From NCBI RefSeq assembly GCF_006345805.1, contig NC_043017.1:9672001-9736000 (forward strand): a stretch of DNA of 64,000 nucleotides, given 5' to 3'. Made by a program: the position numbers and the translations under genes. Within the stretch, counting starts at the first letter, position 1; each line of letters begins with the position of its first letter. A model generated the notes under the pieces. The model did no database searches, had not been told where the DNA came from, and saw only the letters and a list, made by a program, of their open reading frames with translations. The stretch is from Octopus sinensis (taxonomy: Eukaryota). Below are positions 1-11,132 of this stretch, in pieces.

Positions 1-348
1 TATATATATTGATCAAAGGCATTGATCAACCCAGGGCCATAGTAGAAGAAGACGCTTGCCCAAGATATAGTGTTGTGGGATTGAACCTGAAGTCACATAA
101 TTGGAAAGTAAGCTTCTTGATCTCACAGCTATACCTGCATGTCAAAGTTCTTTTAAAAAAAAGCTAACCTTTTAAAAACAGAGAATCAAGAATTTACCAT
201 TCTGTTAGGCAGCAGTAATTAAAAATGATGTTGATTACATTATTGATAAACAGATAATAATAAAATTTTTACTCGTATTTTGTAAAATACCAGTACAAAT
301 TTTCCTCTCTTTTCTTTGAAAAAATATGCAATTACTTCTAAACACCCT

Positions 349-420
349 TATGTATGTATGTATGTATGTATGTATGTATGTATGTATGTATGTATGTATG
401 TATGTATGTATGTATGTATG
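349..420. repeat. (TATG)18 microsatellite
   Basis: Perfect tetranucleotide run; source of the spurious MYIHTYIHT ORF. Confidence 0.95.
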
Positions 421-575
421 TATATACATATCTATCTATCTATATATATATATACCGGAGTAAACACATAAATGTGAAACAGGGTGGAAAAAAGAGTATT
501 CAAATACCAGTGGTAGAGTAATATGCTTTATTTAAAGCAGCAGAAAATTCTACAAAACCTGTATATATATATATG

Positions 576-719
<144 letters not shown>

Positions 720-909
720 TAGTTCTAAAACAGCCTTGGTTTTTTATCTCATTACGAATAAAAAAATTTCATATATACGTATATTGACTATTGAAAAGGT
801 TGCAAGAAGCAACGAAAATTTTAGGAAAATAAAAGTAAGAAAAAAGTGGAAATTTTACCGGTGAGTGTGATACATTATAAGGCACAAAAGCAAAATTACT
901 CTCTGCAGT

Positions 910-981
910 TCCCATGTGGTCTAGTGGTTAGGATTCCTGGCTTTCACCCAGGCGGCCCGGGTTCGATTCCCGGCATGGGAA
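910..981 (+). tRNA. trnE-UUC: tRNA-Glu (anticodon TTC)
   Basis: 72 nt; acceptor stem TCCCATG/CATGGGA plus discriminator A; A box TGGTCTAGTGG; anticodon stem CCTGG/CCAGG with loop CTTTCAC (TTC at 943-945); T arm CCGGG-TTCGATT-CCCGG; no CCA; T7 run downstream. Confidence 0.97.
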
Positions 982-985
982 CGTC

Positions 986-992
986 TTTTTTT
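986..992 (+). terminator. RNA polymerase III terminator (T7)
   Basis: TTTTTTT 4 nt after the tRNA 3' end. Confidence 0.85.
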
Positions 993-1756
993 CAGCGGTG
1001 GTGCCCCAGCATGGCCGCGTCCTTTGGGCTGAAACATTTTTAAGGATATACATATATATAAATGTACATATATACACACATATATACCTATGCACACTCA
1101 CACATATATATACGTATATACACACACACACATATTGTTGTTCTTATGTTAAATTGTCGTATGTCCAAATGCGTTTTTTTTTTTTCAATATTTATATTTT
1201 CTTGCAATAGCCGGTTCTTTTGGTCAAATTATCGTATCTCCAGTTGCTTCAGATGCCAAGATATCAAAAACTGTCAAAGTGTCGTACAACGGTTTTGTTA
1301 TGGAATGGTGAAACTATTTTTTCGTTTTCTGAAAAAGCAGCGTTTTGGACTTACGACACTTTTGCATTATACCAACGATATATATATATATATATCATCA
1401 TCATATATATATATGCATGAACATTCATATATGTAATTAACTCATATTGTAAACTCTTACTTCCTTGGGTATTTTGCCGTTTTTATTGATACGCATGCAT
1501 GTATATGTTTATATACTTATATTATATGTTCGTAGATGAATGTACACACACATGCATGTATGTACGCACATATTCACACACACATATACACACCAATCTT
1601 CCTCCTGTCTGTCCGCCTTCACTCCCCCCCCCCCTATTCTCTTTGACACTCTTTCACTCCCCCATATTACTCATACTCTTTTCCCATTGTCACTCTTTCA
1701 CTATACACACACAAACACATGCATCTACACATGCCAAATACATATATATATATATA

Positions 1757-2267
1757 TCTTTATATATAAAACTCTAGTTGTGTGCGTGTCTGTCTCCTAC
1801 GATTTAGATTCCTAACTCCTCCCACATTTTGCGGTGCAGTTTAACCAAATTCGGGTATCTTATAGTCGTGATTAATATCGAGCCCGTCTGGCTATTAGCG
1901 CGCGTCTACGATGAGTCTACGATTTTTAAAATAATTTAACATCATTTTTTATTCCATTTTAATGCATAATTTTTCGTGTGTCGATGGCGGCGGAGTTGGC
2001 GTCCACGCTCAAACACCTGCACCTGTGTTTGCTTCTCCCCCTTCTTCCCTCCCTCGTGAAGCTGTGGGGAAGGGAGTTTAAGGAAATCAACGTCGTAATG
2101 CGTTGTCAAGGAGACCAGCGTTCTTTTAGAATAACGACTTCATGGCTTGAAGACACCAAAACAGAAATGGCTAAGAAAGCCCGAATTTATAAGGGAAGTA
2201 ACTCTCTAAAAATGCTTATATAGTTATTTCCCTTACAAACCCGAGCAACGCCGGGCGATACTGCTAG
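1757..2267 (+). mobile_element. Non-autonomous Helitron, copy 1
   Basis: 5' A|TC start (atctttatatataaaa); 3' hairpin CCCG-AGCAACGC-CGGG (2240-2255) followed by CTAG (2264-2267) then T: canonical Helitron termini. Confidence 0.8.
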
Positions 2268-2676
2268 TCTATATATATATATATCTTTATATATAAAAGT
2301 CAAGTTGTGTGTCTGTCTCCTACGATTTAGATTCCTAACTACTCCCACATTTTGCGGTGCAGTTAAACCAAAACCGGGTATCTTATAGTCGTGATTCATA
2401 TCGAGCCCTTCTGGGTATTAGCGCGTGTCTACGATGAGTCTACGATTTAAAAAAAAAATTACCATCCTTTTTTCCCATTTTAATGCATTTTTCGCTATTA
2501 TATAAGGGAAGTAACTCTCTAAAAATATCTACGATGAGTCAACGATTTAAAAAAAAATTACCATCATTTTTTTTCCATTTTTAATGCATTTTTTTCTATT
2601 TTTGGCTATAACTCTCTAAAATGCTTATATAGTTATTTCCCTTACAAACCCGAGCAACACCGGGCGATACTGCTAG
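2268..2676 (+). mobile_element. Non-autonomous Helitron, copy 2 (head-to-tail with copy 1)
   Basis: Starts TC immediately after copy 1 CTAG; same 5' ~170 bp as copy 1; same 3' hairpin and CTAG|T at 2673-2677. Confidence 0.8.
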
Positions 2677-2680
2677 TTGT

Positions 2681-2870
2681 AAATAAATAAAATATATGCA
2701 TATATACATACATATATGTACATACTTATCTATATGTATATATACATGTATATATATATATATGTGTGAGTGTGGTGTCCTGTACTCATATATATATATG
2801 CATGTATATATACATATAGATGTAAGTATGTACATATACGTATGTATATATGCATATATTTTATTTATTT
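2681..2870. repeat. Inverted repeat, ~70-bp arms, built from a dispersed repeat family (possibly Penelope-like terminus)
   Basis: aaataaataaaatatatgcatatatacatac...tacatg (2681-2748) is the near-exact reverse complement of 2801-2870; the same motif recurs at 17.3, 21.1 and 35.2 kb. Confidence 0.8.
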
Positions 2871-3194
2871 ATTATATTGTTATTATATATATATGTGTGT
2901 GTGTATGTGTATACACACACACACACACACACGCTTTTCTCTTTCTCATTGAAAATCTGTCTCACATACATCGACGCATACACAGCATCTTGTCCCTCAA
3001 AGTTTCATTGAAACACAGACATCTGCACAAATGCAACCATGCACACAAACACACATGCATTCCACATACACGCAAAATATACACAAGAATCACACACACA
3101 CACACATATAGATAAACACTCAAAGATAAACATGCATTTATACACACACACACACACATATACACATACACACACATAACTCTTTCGTTCAACT

Positions 3195-3309
3195 GTCTGT
3201 CTCTCTCTCTCTCTTATTTGCCTTTTTTTCTCTCCTAGTTTATCAAATTTCCTTTCGCTTTCTCACTCACCCTCTCAACTTATATATCTCTCTATATATC
3301 TTTCACTTA

Positions 3310-3346
<37 letters not shown>

Positions 3347-4000
3347 TCTTCCAATCTCATTCTCTCTCTCTCTCTTTCACTCTCTCAATTTTATTCTCCC
3401 TCTCGCTCTCATTCACTCAATATCAGTGTCTTTTCTCTCTCTCACTCTTAATTTCTCTCTCATTCACTCACGTTTTAATTCTTCCTCACTCACTCTACAT
3501 CAGTCTTTTTCTCTCACTCACTCCCAATTTCTCACTCATTCAATAACTTTTACGTTTTCTCTCCCTCTCTTCCAATCTTATTCTCTCTCTCTCACTCGCT
3601 CATTCACTCTATTTTACTGTCTTTCTTCTCATTCACTTATTTCCCGTATCTTTCTCTCTCATTTACTCACTTTTTTCAATTTTAATCTCTCTTTCTCTCA
3701 CTCAATTTCTTCTCTCTCTCATTCAGTTCATTCTCTTTCTTTCACTCAATTTCTTCTCTTTCTCTTTCAGTTCATTCTCTTTCTTTCACTCAATTTCTTC
3801 TCTCTCTCTTTCAGTTCATTCTCTTTCTCTCTCTTTATCAGTCACCCACTTAATCTTATTATCTTTTTATTTTTCACTCACTTAAATTAATTACATTGTC
3901 TTCTCTCTTCTCTCACTCCCTTTAATAATCTGTCTTTCTCTCACTCCCTTTAATAATCTGTCTTTCTCTCACTCCCTTTAATAACCTGCCTTTCTCTCTT
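3195..4000 (+). repeat. ~800-bp CT-rich polypyrimidine tract with internal ~28-bp and ~40-bp sub-repeats
   Basis: Degenerate (CT)n; tttctctcactccctttaataatctgtc x3 near 3905-3990; ttcagttcattctctttct units near 3720-3830. Confidence 0.85.
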
Positions 4001-4007
4001 TCAACAG

Positions 4008-4212
4008 GGCCAGACGACACAAAATAGAAAAAGTTGGGCAGACTATGTACACCGTCAACAAGATAACCAGTCCGCTTTTGTTCACCTTGTTCCTACCACC
4101 GACACCATTCATGCAAACCTTACTTGACAGAGTACACCTTTGCAGTAAGCTCGTTCATCAAAGCTACAGCTTGCCTACATCTTTTATGGAGCCTGCTGTT
4201 AAACTGATCAGA
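4008..4212 (+). CDS. Internal coding exon of an unidentified gene (ARRHKIEKVGQTMYTVNKITSPLLFTLFLPPTPFMQTLLDRVHLCSKLVHQSYSLPTSFMEPAVKLIR)
   Basis: Acceptor cctttctctctttcaacag|G after a long pyrimidine tract; donor AGA|GTAAGT at 4213; exactly one frame open across 205 nt (1+68x3), the other two have stops; non-repetitive composition. Confidence 0.7.
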
Positions 4213-4233
4213 GTAAGTGACACTTTTTCTTTC

Positions 4234-4656
4234 GGCAATCTTTCGTCTCTAGTAGACCTTTCCGTCGATTTCCGTAAAAAAAATTTTTTTTTTTTTTTTT
4301 TTACATATGGGCTTGCGGGAACTTTTGAAGTAATGAGAGCGATTGTATGACGAGGGAAGTTCTTTTGAAGTTACCGTGCATGTGAAGCATTGATGTACAT
4401 GTGTGTGCGTGTGTGTGTGTGTGTGTTTGATGGGGTGTGGGAGACAGACAGTATGTTGTGTAAGTGAAGTGCTTCTGTTAGTGTGTGTGAAGAGACAGAG
4501 TAATGTGTGAAAGAAAGAGATAACTGAAATTTTTTACTAGGTGTATGTGTATATGTATGTATATTACTTCAAAAGTTCCCGCAAGCCCATATGTAAAAAA
4601 AAAAAAATTTTTTTACGGAAATCGACGGAAAGGTCTACTAGAGACGAAAGATCGCC
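4234..4656. mobile_element. MITE with ~95-100-bp TIRs and 8-bp TSD (Merlin-like)
   Basis: TIRs 4234-4334 and 4563-4656 (GGCAATCTTTCGTCTCTAG.../...CTAGAGACGAAAGATCGCC); identical flanks TTTCTTTC at 4226-4233 and 4657-4664. Confidence 0.85.
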
Positions 4657-4807
4657 TTTCTTTCTTATTTGTTTTTACCATTTACAATTGTTGCCGTTAA
4701 TGAGGTTATTAGCTTAATAGAATTCTTCGAGCGTTGGATAAACTTTTCTGAAATATTTGTTCCAGCTTTTCTCACTTTCAAATCCTGTTTAGATCATCAC
4801 CATGGCC

Positions 4808-5223
4808 GGATCTTTTCGGTTTGAACGGCAGTTTTTTTAAAAAATAATTTCCACGTAACTAAACACTTTTAAACTTCGTATACTGGTAGAATGTGTTTAT
4901 AAAACATCTTTTTCTCTTGGCTTTATTGAGAAAATTCTATAGTTTGTAAGATATTTGTTGTTGTTTTTTTCTTCAATTTCTGCAATTTCAACCAATCAAT
5001 GACGTCTATTGAGGTAAAAAAACAAAACAAAAACATTCTGTGCCGTATGAATATGTCCCTCGTTTAAGAAACAGATTGGGTTTATTTACATTTCTGAAGA
5101 AAAAAAGATACCCTTCCCCCACCCTAACCCTAAAATAGATTGAAATGCAATAGATCGATACTAGGGTCATAGTTATGGGTGACAATTTCATAGAAAAAAC
5201 TGCCGTTCAAACCGAAAAGACCC
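4808..5223. mobile_element. MITE with ~30-bp TIRs and 8-bp TSD (Merlin-like)
   Basis: TIRs GGATCTTTTCGGTTTGAACGGCAGTTTTTT / AAAAAACTGCCGTTCAAACCGAAAAGACCC; identical flanks CCATGGCC at 4800-4807 and 5224-5231. Confidence 0.9.
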
Positions 5224-5447
5224 CCATGGCCTTTAACCTATCGTTAAACTAATATGAGTGACGCTTTTTTCCCTCTCTTCCAGTGTATTCTTGCTATTAC
5301 AGAGGGTTGGCTTGACAGAATTGTTATACATCGGATAAAATACTTTGTGGTATTTGTTCCGGCCGTTTATGCTTTGAGTTCAAATCCCGCCTAAGTCAAC
5401 ATGGCCTTTAACCTATTATTGGGTGATCAAAATGCTTTAAAAAAAAC

Positions 5448-5760
5448 TGGCACTCCATCGGTTATGACATCGAGTTCCAGTTGATCCGATCAATGGAACA
5501 GCTTGTTCGTGAAATTAATGTGTAAGTGGCCGAGTACTCCACAGACACGCATACTCTTAAACGTAATTTACAGGGAGCTTCAGCGTGACGGAATGTGACA
5601 AGGCTGGCCCTTTGAATTAGCAGGTACAACTTTTGCCTGCTGCGTGATCTGGGACAACGGGAAATAAAGTATATTGTTTAAAGATACAACGCGCTACCGG
5701 GAATCGAACTCAAAACGTTACGATCGTGAGCCAAATACCCTAACCACTGAGCCAGCGCCT
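5448..5760 (-). mobile_element. tRNA-derived SINE, family D (CORE-like centre)
   Basis: Minus-strand head ggcgctggctcagtggttagg...gagttcgattcc (A/B boxes); 3' part shared with 7907-8252 and 12392-12715. Confidence 0.8.
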
Positions 5761-5762
5761 TC

Positions 5763-5950
5763 ACTAGACGAAATACTTGGTGACATTTCGTCCGTCTTTA
5801 CGTTCTGAGTTCAAGTTCTGCTGAGGTCGATTTCGCCTCTCGTCCTTTAGATGGTCGATTAAATAAGTTCCAGTTTAGAGCACTGGGGTCGATGTAATCG
5901 ATTTGACCCCCCCCTCCGAAATCGCTGGCCTTGTGCTAAAATTCGATACC
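5763..5950 (+). mobile_element. SINE family B, diverged copy
   Basis: tttcgtccgtctttacgttctgagttcaa...cactggggtcgatgtaatcg matches B copies at 14.3, 27.3 and 38.0 kb. Confidence 0.75.
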
Positions 5951-6050
5951 AACATATTTGCTGTTATTACAGAAAATTGACTTGACGGGATCGTTAGCTT
6001 TGCAGTGTGTGTTACAGATCTTTTCTGCTTAAGTCAACTTCACCTTTCAG

Positions 6051-6221
6051 TGGGCCTTCAAGGGTTGCTGTCGGTCAATGGCGAGAGCGACTCGGACACA
6101 AGGAAGCAAACCAAGCTTCGTGGCAGCCGTTAAGGAAAAAATGCCACGATTTTTCTTTTCGTTTCTTTCTTTCTTCCCTTTCTTTTTTTTTTTTTTTTCA
6201 AGACATGCTTCAAAACGATGA
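6051..6221 (+). CDS. Candidate exon, possibly terminal (WAFKGCCRSMARATRTQGSKPSFVAAVKEKMPR...)
   Basis: Acceptor ttcacctttcag|T; GC-rich non-repetitive stretch; phase 0 matches the 4212 donor and is open to TGA 6219-6221, but its 3' half is poly-T and other frames are also open. Confidence 0.25.
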   Translation, partial: WAFKGCCRSMARATRTQGSKPSFVAAVKEKMPRFFFSFLSFFPFFFFFFSRHASKR

Positions 6222-7502
6222 GAAGGAACTTTTCTTTAAGAAAAAAAAAAAAAAAATGAAATCTCGGATCTTTGCATGAGAATCAGCTGTTCCAAAAGTC
6301 CGCCTATTTTCTATCCTTTTAGGCTTAACAACGAATCTTGTAGTGTTTGTTCTAGTTCATTACGTTCTGATTTCGAATCCCGCTTCGGTCAACTTTGCCT
6401 TTCATCCTTTCAAGGTTAATAAAGAGAAGTACTAACTCAGCATTTGTTCTCGCTCTTTGCACTCTGGGTTCAAATCCCACCGCCGTCAGTTTTACGTTTC
6501 AGCCCTTCCCGGGTTGATAAAATACCATTGTAGCATATTAGTTCCGGCTCTTTCCGATCGGTTGTCAAGCGGTGGAGGTGGAAGTGGTGACAAACATAGT
6601 CACCAAATTCACACGCACATACCAATGTATACAATGGGCTTCCATACAATTTCCAGGCGTGTGACTAATGAGTGGCTAATGAGCATATCATTTATCCTGT
6701 TTAAATCATTGCACTACGGCCATGCTGGGGCACCGCCTTGAATGATGTAGTCGAACAAATCAACTTCCAGTACTTATTTTTAAGCCTGGTACTTATTTTA
6801 TCGGTCGCTTTTGCCGAAAAGCTATGTTATGAGGACGTAAAGAAACCAGCACCGGTTATCAATCGGCTTGGGGAAATAAACAAAGAAACGCGCGCGCAAC
6901 GGATTTCCAAGACGTTTCTTTCCACGAAATTCACTCTTAAGGCGTTGGTTAATCCAGACCACTTGCATAAGATGCCATGCAGTGGAACTGAACTAGAAAC
7001 CACTTGGTTACATAGCGAGCACATTAACCACCGCAACCATGCCTGCGCCTCTATAGAGTTCAGACATACCATGGAGAAGGTCTGAGAGGTGAGTGATATG
7101 ACAAATCTTAGGCAATCAGACATGTCACAAAGACTGATAGATTTGTCGTGCATTTTGGTCAAAAGGGTTCGAAATCTCGGAAGGGAGGCAACTCTTGAGT
7201 TTTTATTTTAATTTAAAAATTATAATGAATGGTTGTATACTGTCAATTTAACGTGACAGTAGGGGATTACACCACCGCTGTTTAGCCCTAGGAAGCATCG
7301 ACGCTTCCTGATGGCTTCGACACATTTTTTTCCCTGTGTCCTTATATATTTACGAAGGGGAGACAAATACCCCCAGCAGCCAGGAGTTTGTATTGTATGA
7401 CGCAGTGGTGAGGTCCACAGCATCTGTCGGACGTTTTAGAAGTGTGTTTGTGTGTGTGTAACTATTATGGAATTACTGGATTTACGATTACCAGCACACC
7501 AT

Positions 7503-7876
7503 TGGCTGTGTGGTAAGTAGTTTGCTTACCAACCACATGGTTCCGGGTTCATTCCCACTGCGTGACACCTTGGGCAAGTGTCTTCTACTATAATAACCAA
7601 AGGCAAAGCAAAGCCTTGTGAGTGGATTTGGTAGACGGAAACTGCAAGAAACGCGTCGTATATATGTATGTGTGTGTGTCTGTGTTTGTCCCCCTACCCA
7701 ACATCGCTTGACAACCAATGCTGGTGTGTTTACGTCCCCGTAACTTAGCGGTTCGGCAAAAGAGACTGATAGAATAAGTACTAGGCTTACAAAGAATAAG
7801 TCCTGGGTCCGATTTTCTCGACTAAAGGCGGTGCTCCAGCATGGCCGCAGTCAAATGACTGAAACAAGTAAAAGAG
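7503..7876 (+). mobile_element. SINE family A (tRNA-like head, internal TA/TG microsatellite, 3' ...GAAACAAGTAAAAGAG)
   Basis: High identity to copies at 16.1, 32.0 and 62.3 kb; A box TGGCTGTGTGG, B box GGTTCA(G/T)TCC. Confidence 0.9.
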
Positions 7877-7906
7877 TATATATATATATATATATATAGG
7901 AGGGAA

Positions 7907-8252
7907 GCACTCCGTCGGTTACGACGACGAGGGTTCCGGTTGATCCGAATCAACGGAACAGCCTGCTGTGGCTGAGCACTCCACAGACACGTGTACCCTT
8001 AACGTAGTTCTCGGGGATATTCATGGTGACACAGAGAGCGACAAGGCTGACCCTTTGAAATACAGGTACAACAGAAACAAGAAGTAAGAGTGAGAGAAAG
8101 TTGTGGTGAAAGAGTACAGCAGGGATCACCACCATCCCCTGCCGGAGTCTCGTGGGGCTTTAGGTGTTTTCGCTCAATAAACACTCACAACGCCCGGTCT
8201 GGGAATCGAAACCGCGAGTCCGCTGCCCTAACCACTGGGCCATTGCGCCTCC
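7907..8252 (-). mobile_element. tRNA-derived SINE, family E (own head, family-D tail)
   Basis: Minus head ggaggcgcaatggcccagtggttagggcagcgg...ggtttcgattccc; tail gcactccgtcggttacgac...ccctttgaa shared with family D. Confidence 0.8.
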
Positions 8253-8695
8253 ACTATATATATAACCTATATTGTTAATGAAAAAAATACATACAAAGCA
8301 ACAGGAGGGTGGGGAGAGGACTTCGGAAAATTCACAAGATCCGAGTTTTTCCCTCATAACTTTTAGGAAAATGGGTTTTTTTTCAATGAAATTTTATCTA
8401 AATACCTTTGAAACGGCATACATTATGACAATAAAGTAACTTGTGGAGAAAATCTTGAGGTGGGGAGAGGACTTTCGGAAAATTCCAAAGATCCGAATTT
8501 TTCCTCGTTGTATTCCGAAATCACATTCAACTTTTTCACAGAGACCCTAGCATAGTACTACTACACTACGTAGTTTTTATTTCTACACACTTTCAATAAT
8601 TTTTAATATTTTGGCTTCAATTTTATTTCATTTCCAATTGTTTTTACGCTTTTTTAACCCTTCGTCGTTATATTCTCATTCACTCGTTATTACTT

Positions 8696-8736
<41 letters not shown>

Positions 8737-8751
8737 TTATCAATCTATCTA

Positions 8752-8780
<29 letters not shown>

Positions 8781-8785
<5 letters not shown>

Positions 8786-9114
8786 AGTAGTTGAATGAAT
8801 TATCTTATTATGGATAATTCGGTTAACCGATACCTGGGTAGCAAATTCACGTCAGAAAAACACGGTTGAAGCTACATGCCTAGGGTAGAGATCATGTGCT
8901 TTCGTGTGGAAATTTGTGTGTTTTTTTAAATACAAATAAATGAAAGAATGAAGTTGAACGACAAATTAACAAAATTCCTTTATTTTTGACATATGTTTCG
9001 AAGGCTATACGATAGTTTGACCAAAAGAACTGGCTATTGCAAGCAAAAATAAATATTTAAAAAAAACGCATTTGGCCAAATTTGGACATACAGCAGTTTA
9101 ACATAATAACAACG

Positions 9115-9152
<38 letters not shown>

Positions 9153-9824
9153 ACACACACACATATACATATATACACACACACATACGCATATGTATAC
9201 ACACACACACATATAGACATGTTACCTTTGTTGATGGTAGCTACAGTGGAAGCAGGTCATAAGGTGGTGTGGGGAAAAGATGCACCTCTCATGTTAAGGC
9301 TGTGGTGGTGATGGTAGTGGCGATGATGATGATGGTGGAGGATGATGGTGATAATGATGGTGATGGTGATTATGAGGATGACGATGAGGACAACTGTGAT
9401 GAGTATGATGGTGATGATGACGATGATGATGATGATATTAATGCATTGTCTCATAGTTGAAATTTTCTTCAAAAAGCCGAATATATCGGAGATTCCAAAG
9501 AAAGTTGGAAAACTTCCAGACATAACTGAAAGAGAAATTCTGGGTATTTCCTGTTTCTGGTTTGTTTTTGTTGCACATCATCATCACCATCACCATCACC
9601 ACAATCACCACTACTATGATCATCATCATAATTATCACCACCACGGTCATCATCATCATCATCCTCAACATCATCATTACCATAACCATCAGCAACATCA
9701 CTACCACCACCACCACCACCATCATCATCATCACCACCACCACCCCTCATCATTGTTTATTTTTCGTTAATTTATCCTCCCAAATGAAGGGCCACCCATT
9801 TATATATATATATGTATATATACA

Positions 9825-9923
<99 letters not shown>

Positions 9924-11051
9924 ATATATATATATATATATAATATATATATAAGAGTAGTTGAATGAATTATCTTATGGATAATTCGGTTAACGATACC
10001 TGGGTAGCAAATTCACGTCAGAAAAACACGGTTGAAGCTACATGCCTAGGGTAGAGATCATGTGCTTTCGTGTGGAAATTGTGTGTTTTTTTAAATACAA
10101 ATAAATGAAAGAATGAAGTTGAACGACAAATTAACAAAATTCCTTTATTTTTGACATATGTTTCGAAGGCTATACGATAGTTTGACCAAAAGAACTGGCT
10201 ATTGCAAGCAAAAATAAATATTTAAAAAAAACGCATTTGGCCAAATTTGGACATACGGCAGTTTAACATAATAACAACGATATGTGTATATATATATAAT
10301 ATATATATATATATAAACACACACACACATATACATATATACACACACACATACGCATATGTATACACACACACACACATATAGACATGTTACCTTTGTT
10401 GATGGTAGCTACAGTGGAAGCAGGTCATAAGGTGGTGTGGGGAAAAGATGCACCTCTCATGTTAAGGCTGTGGTGGTGATGGTAGTGGCGATGATGATGA
10501 TGGTGGAGGATGATGGTGATAATGATGGTGATGGTGATTATGAGGATGACGATGAGGACAACTGTGATGAGTATGATGGTGATGATGACGATGATGATGA
10601 TGATATTAATGCATTGTCTCATAGTTGAAATTTTCTTCAAAAAGCCGAATATAATCGGAGATTCCAAAGAAAGTTGGAAAACTTCCAGACATAACTGAAA
10701 GAGAAATTCTGGGTATTTCCTGTTTCTGGTTTGTTTTTGTTGCACATCATCATCACCATCACCATCACCACAATCACCACTACTATGATCATCATCATAA
10801 TTATCACCACCACGGTCATCATCATCATCATCCTCAACATCATCATTACCATAACCATCAGCAACATCACTACCACCACCACCACCACCACCATCATCAT
10901 CATCACCACCACCCCTCATCATTGTTTATTTTTCGTTAATTTATCCTCCCAAATGAAGGGCCACCCATTTATATATATATGTATATATACATTTATATAT
11001 ACATGTATATGTGTGTATATATATATATAATATACACACACACACACACAC

Positions 11052-11100
<49 letters not shown>
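8781..11100 (+). repeat. Tandem duplication, period 1170 bp (8781-9950 / 9951-~11100), bounded by (TA)n
   Basis: ataagagtagttgaatgaattatc at 8781 and 9951; near-identical throughout, including (GAT)n and (CAT)n tracts. Confidence 0.95.

Positions 11101-11132
<32 letters not shown>

Noticed and set aside
4680-4807. Open frame ...EFFERWINFSEIFVPAFLTFKSCLDHHHG between the two MITEs
   Set aside because: Short, AT-rich, with no convincing acceptor or donor; within chance expectation.
5122-5132. CCCTAACCCTAA telomere-like hexamers (also ~18780-18792)
   Set aside because: Only about two units; the first lies inside a MITE. Not an interstitial telomere array.
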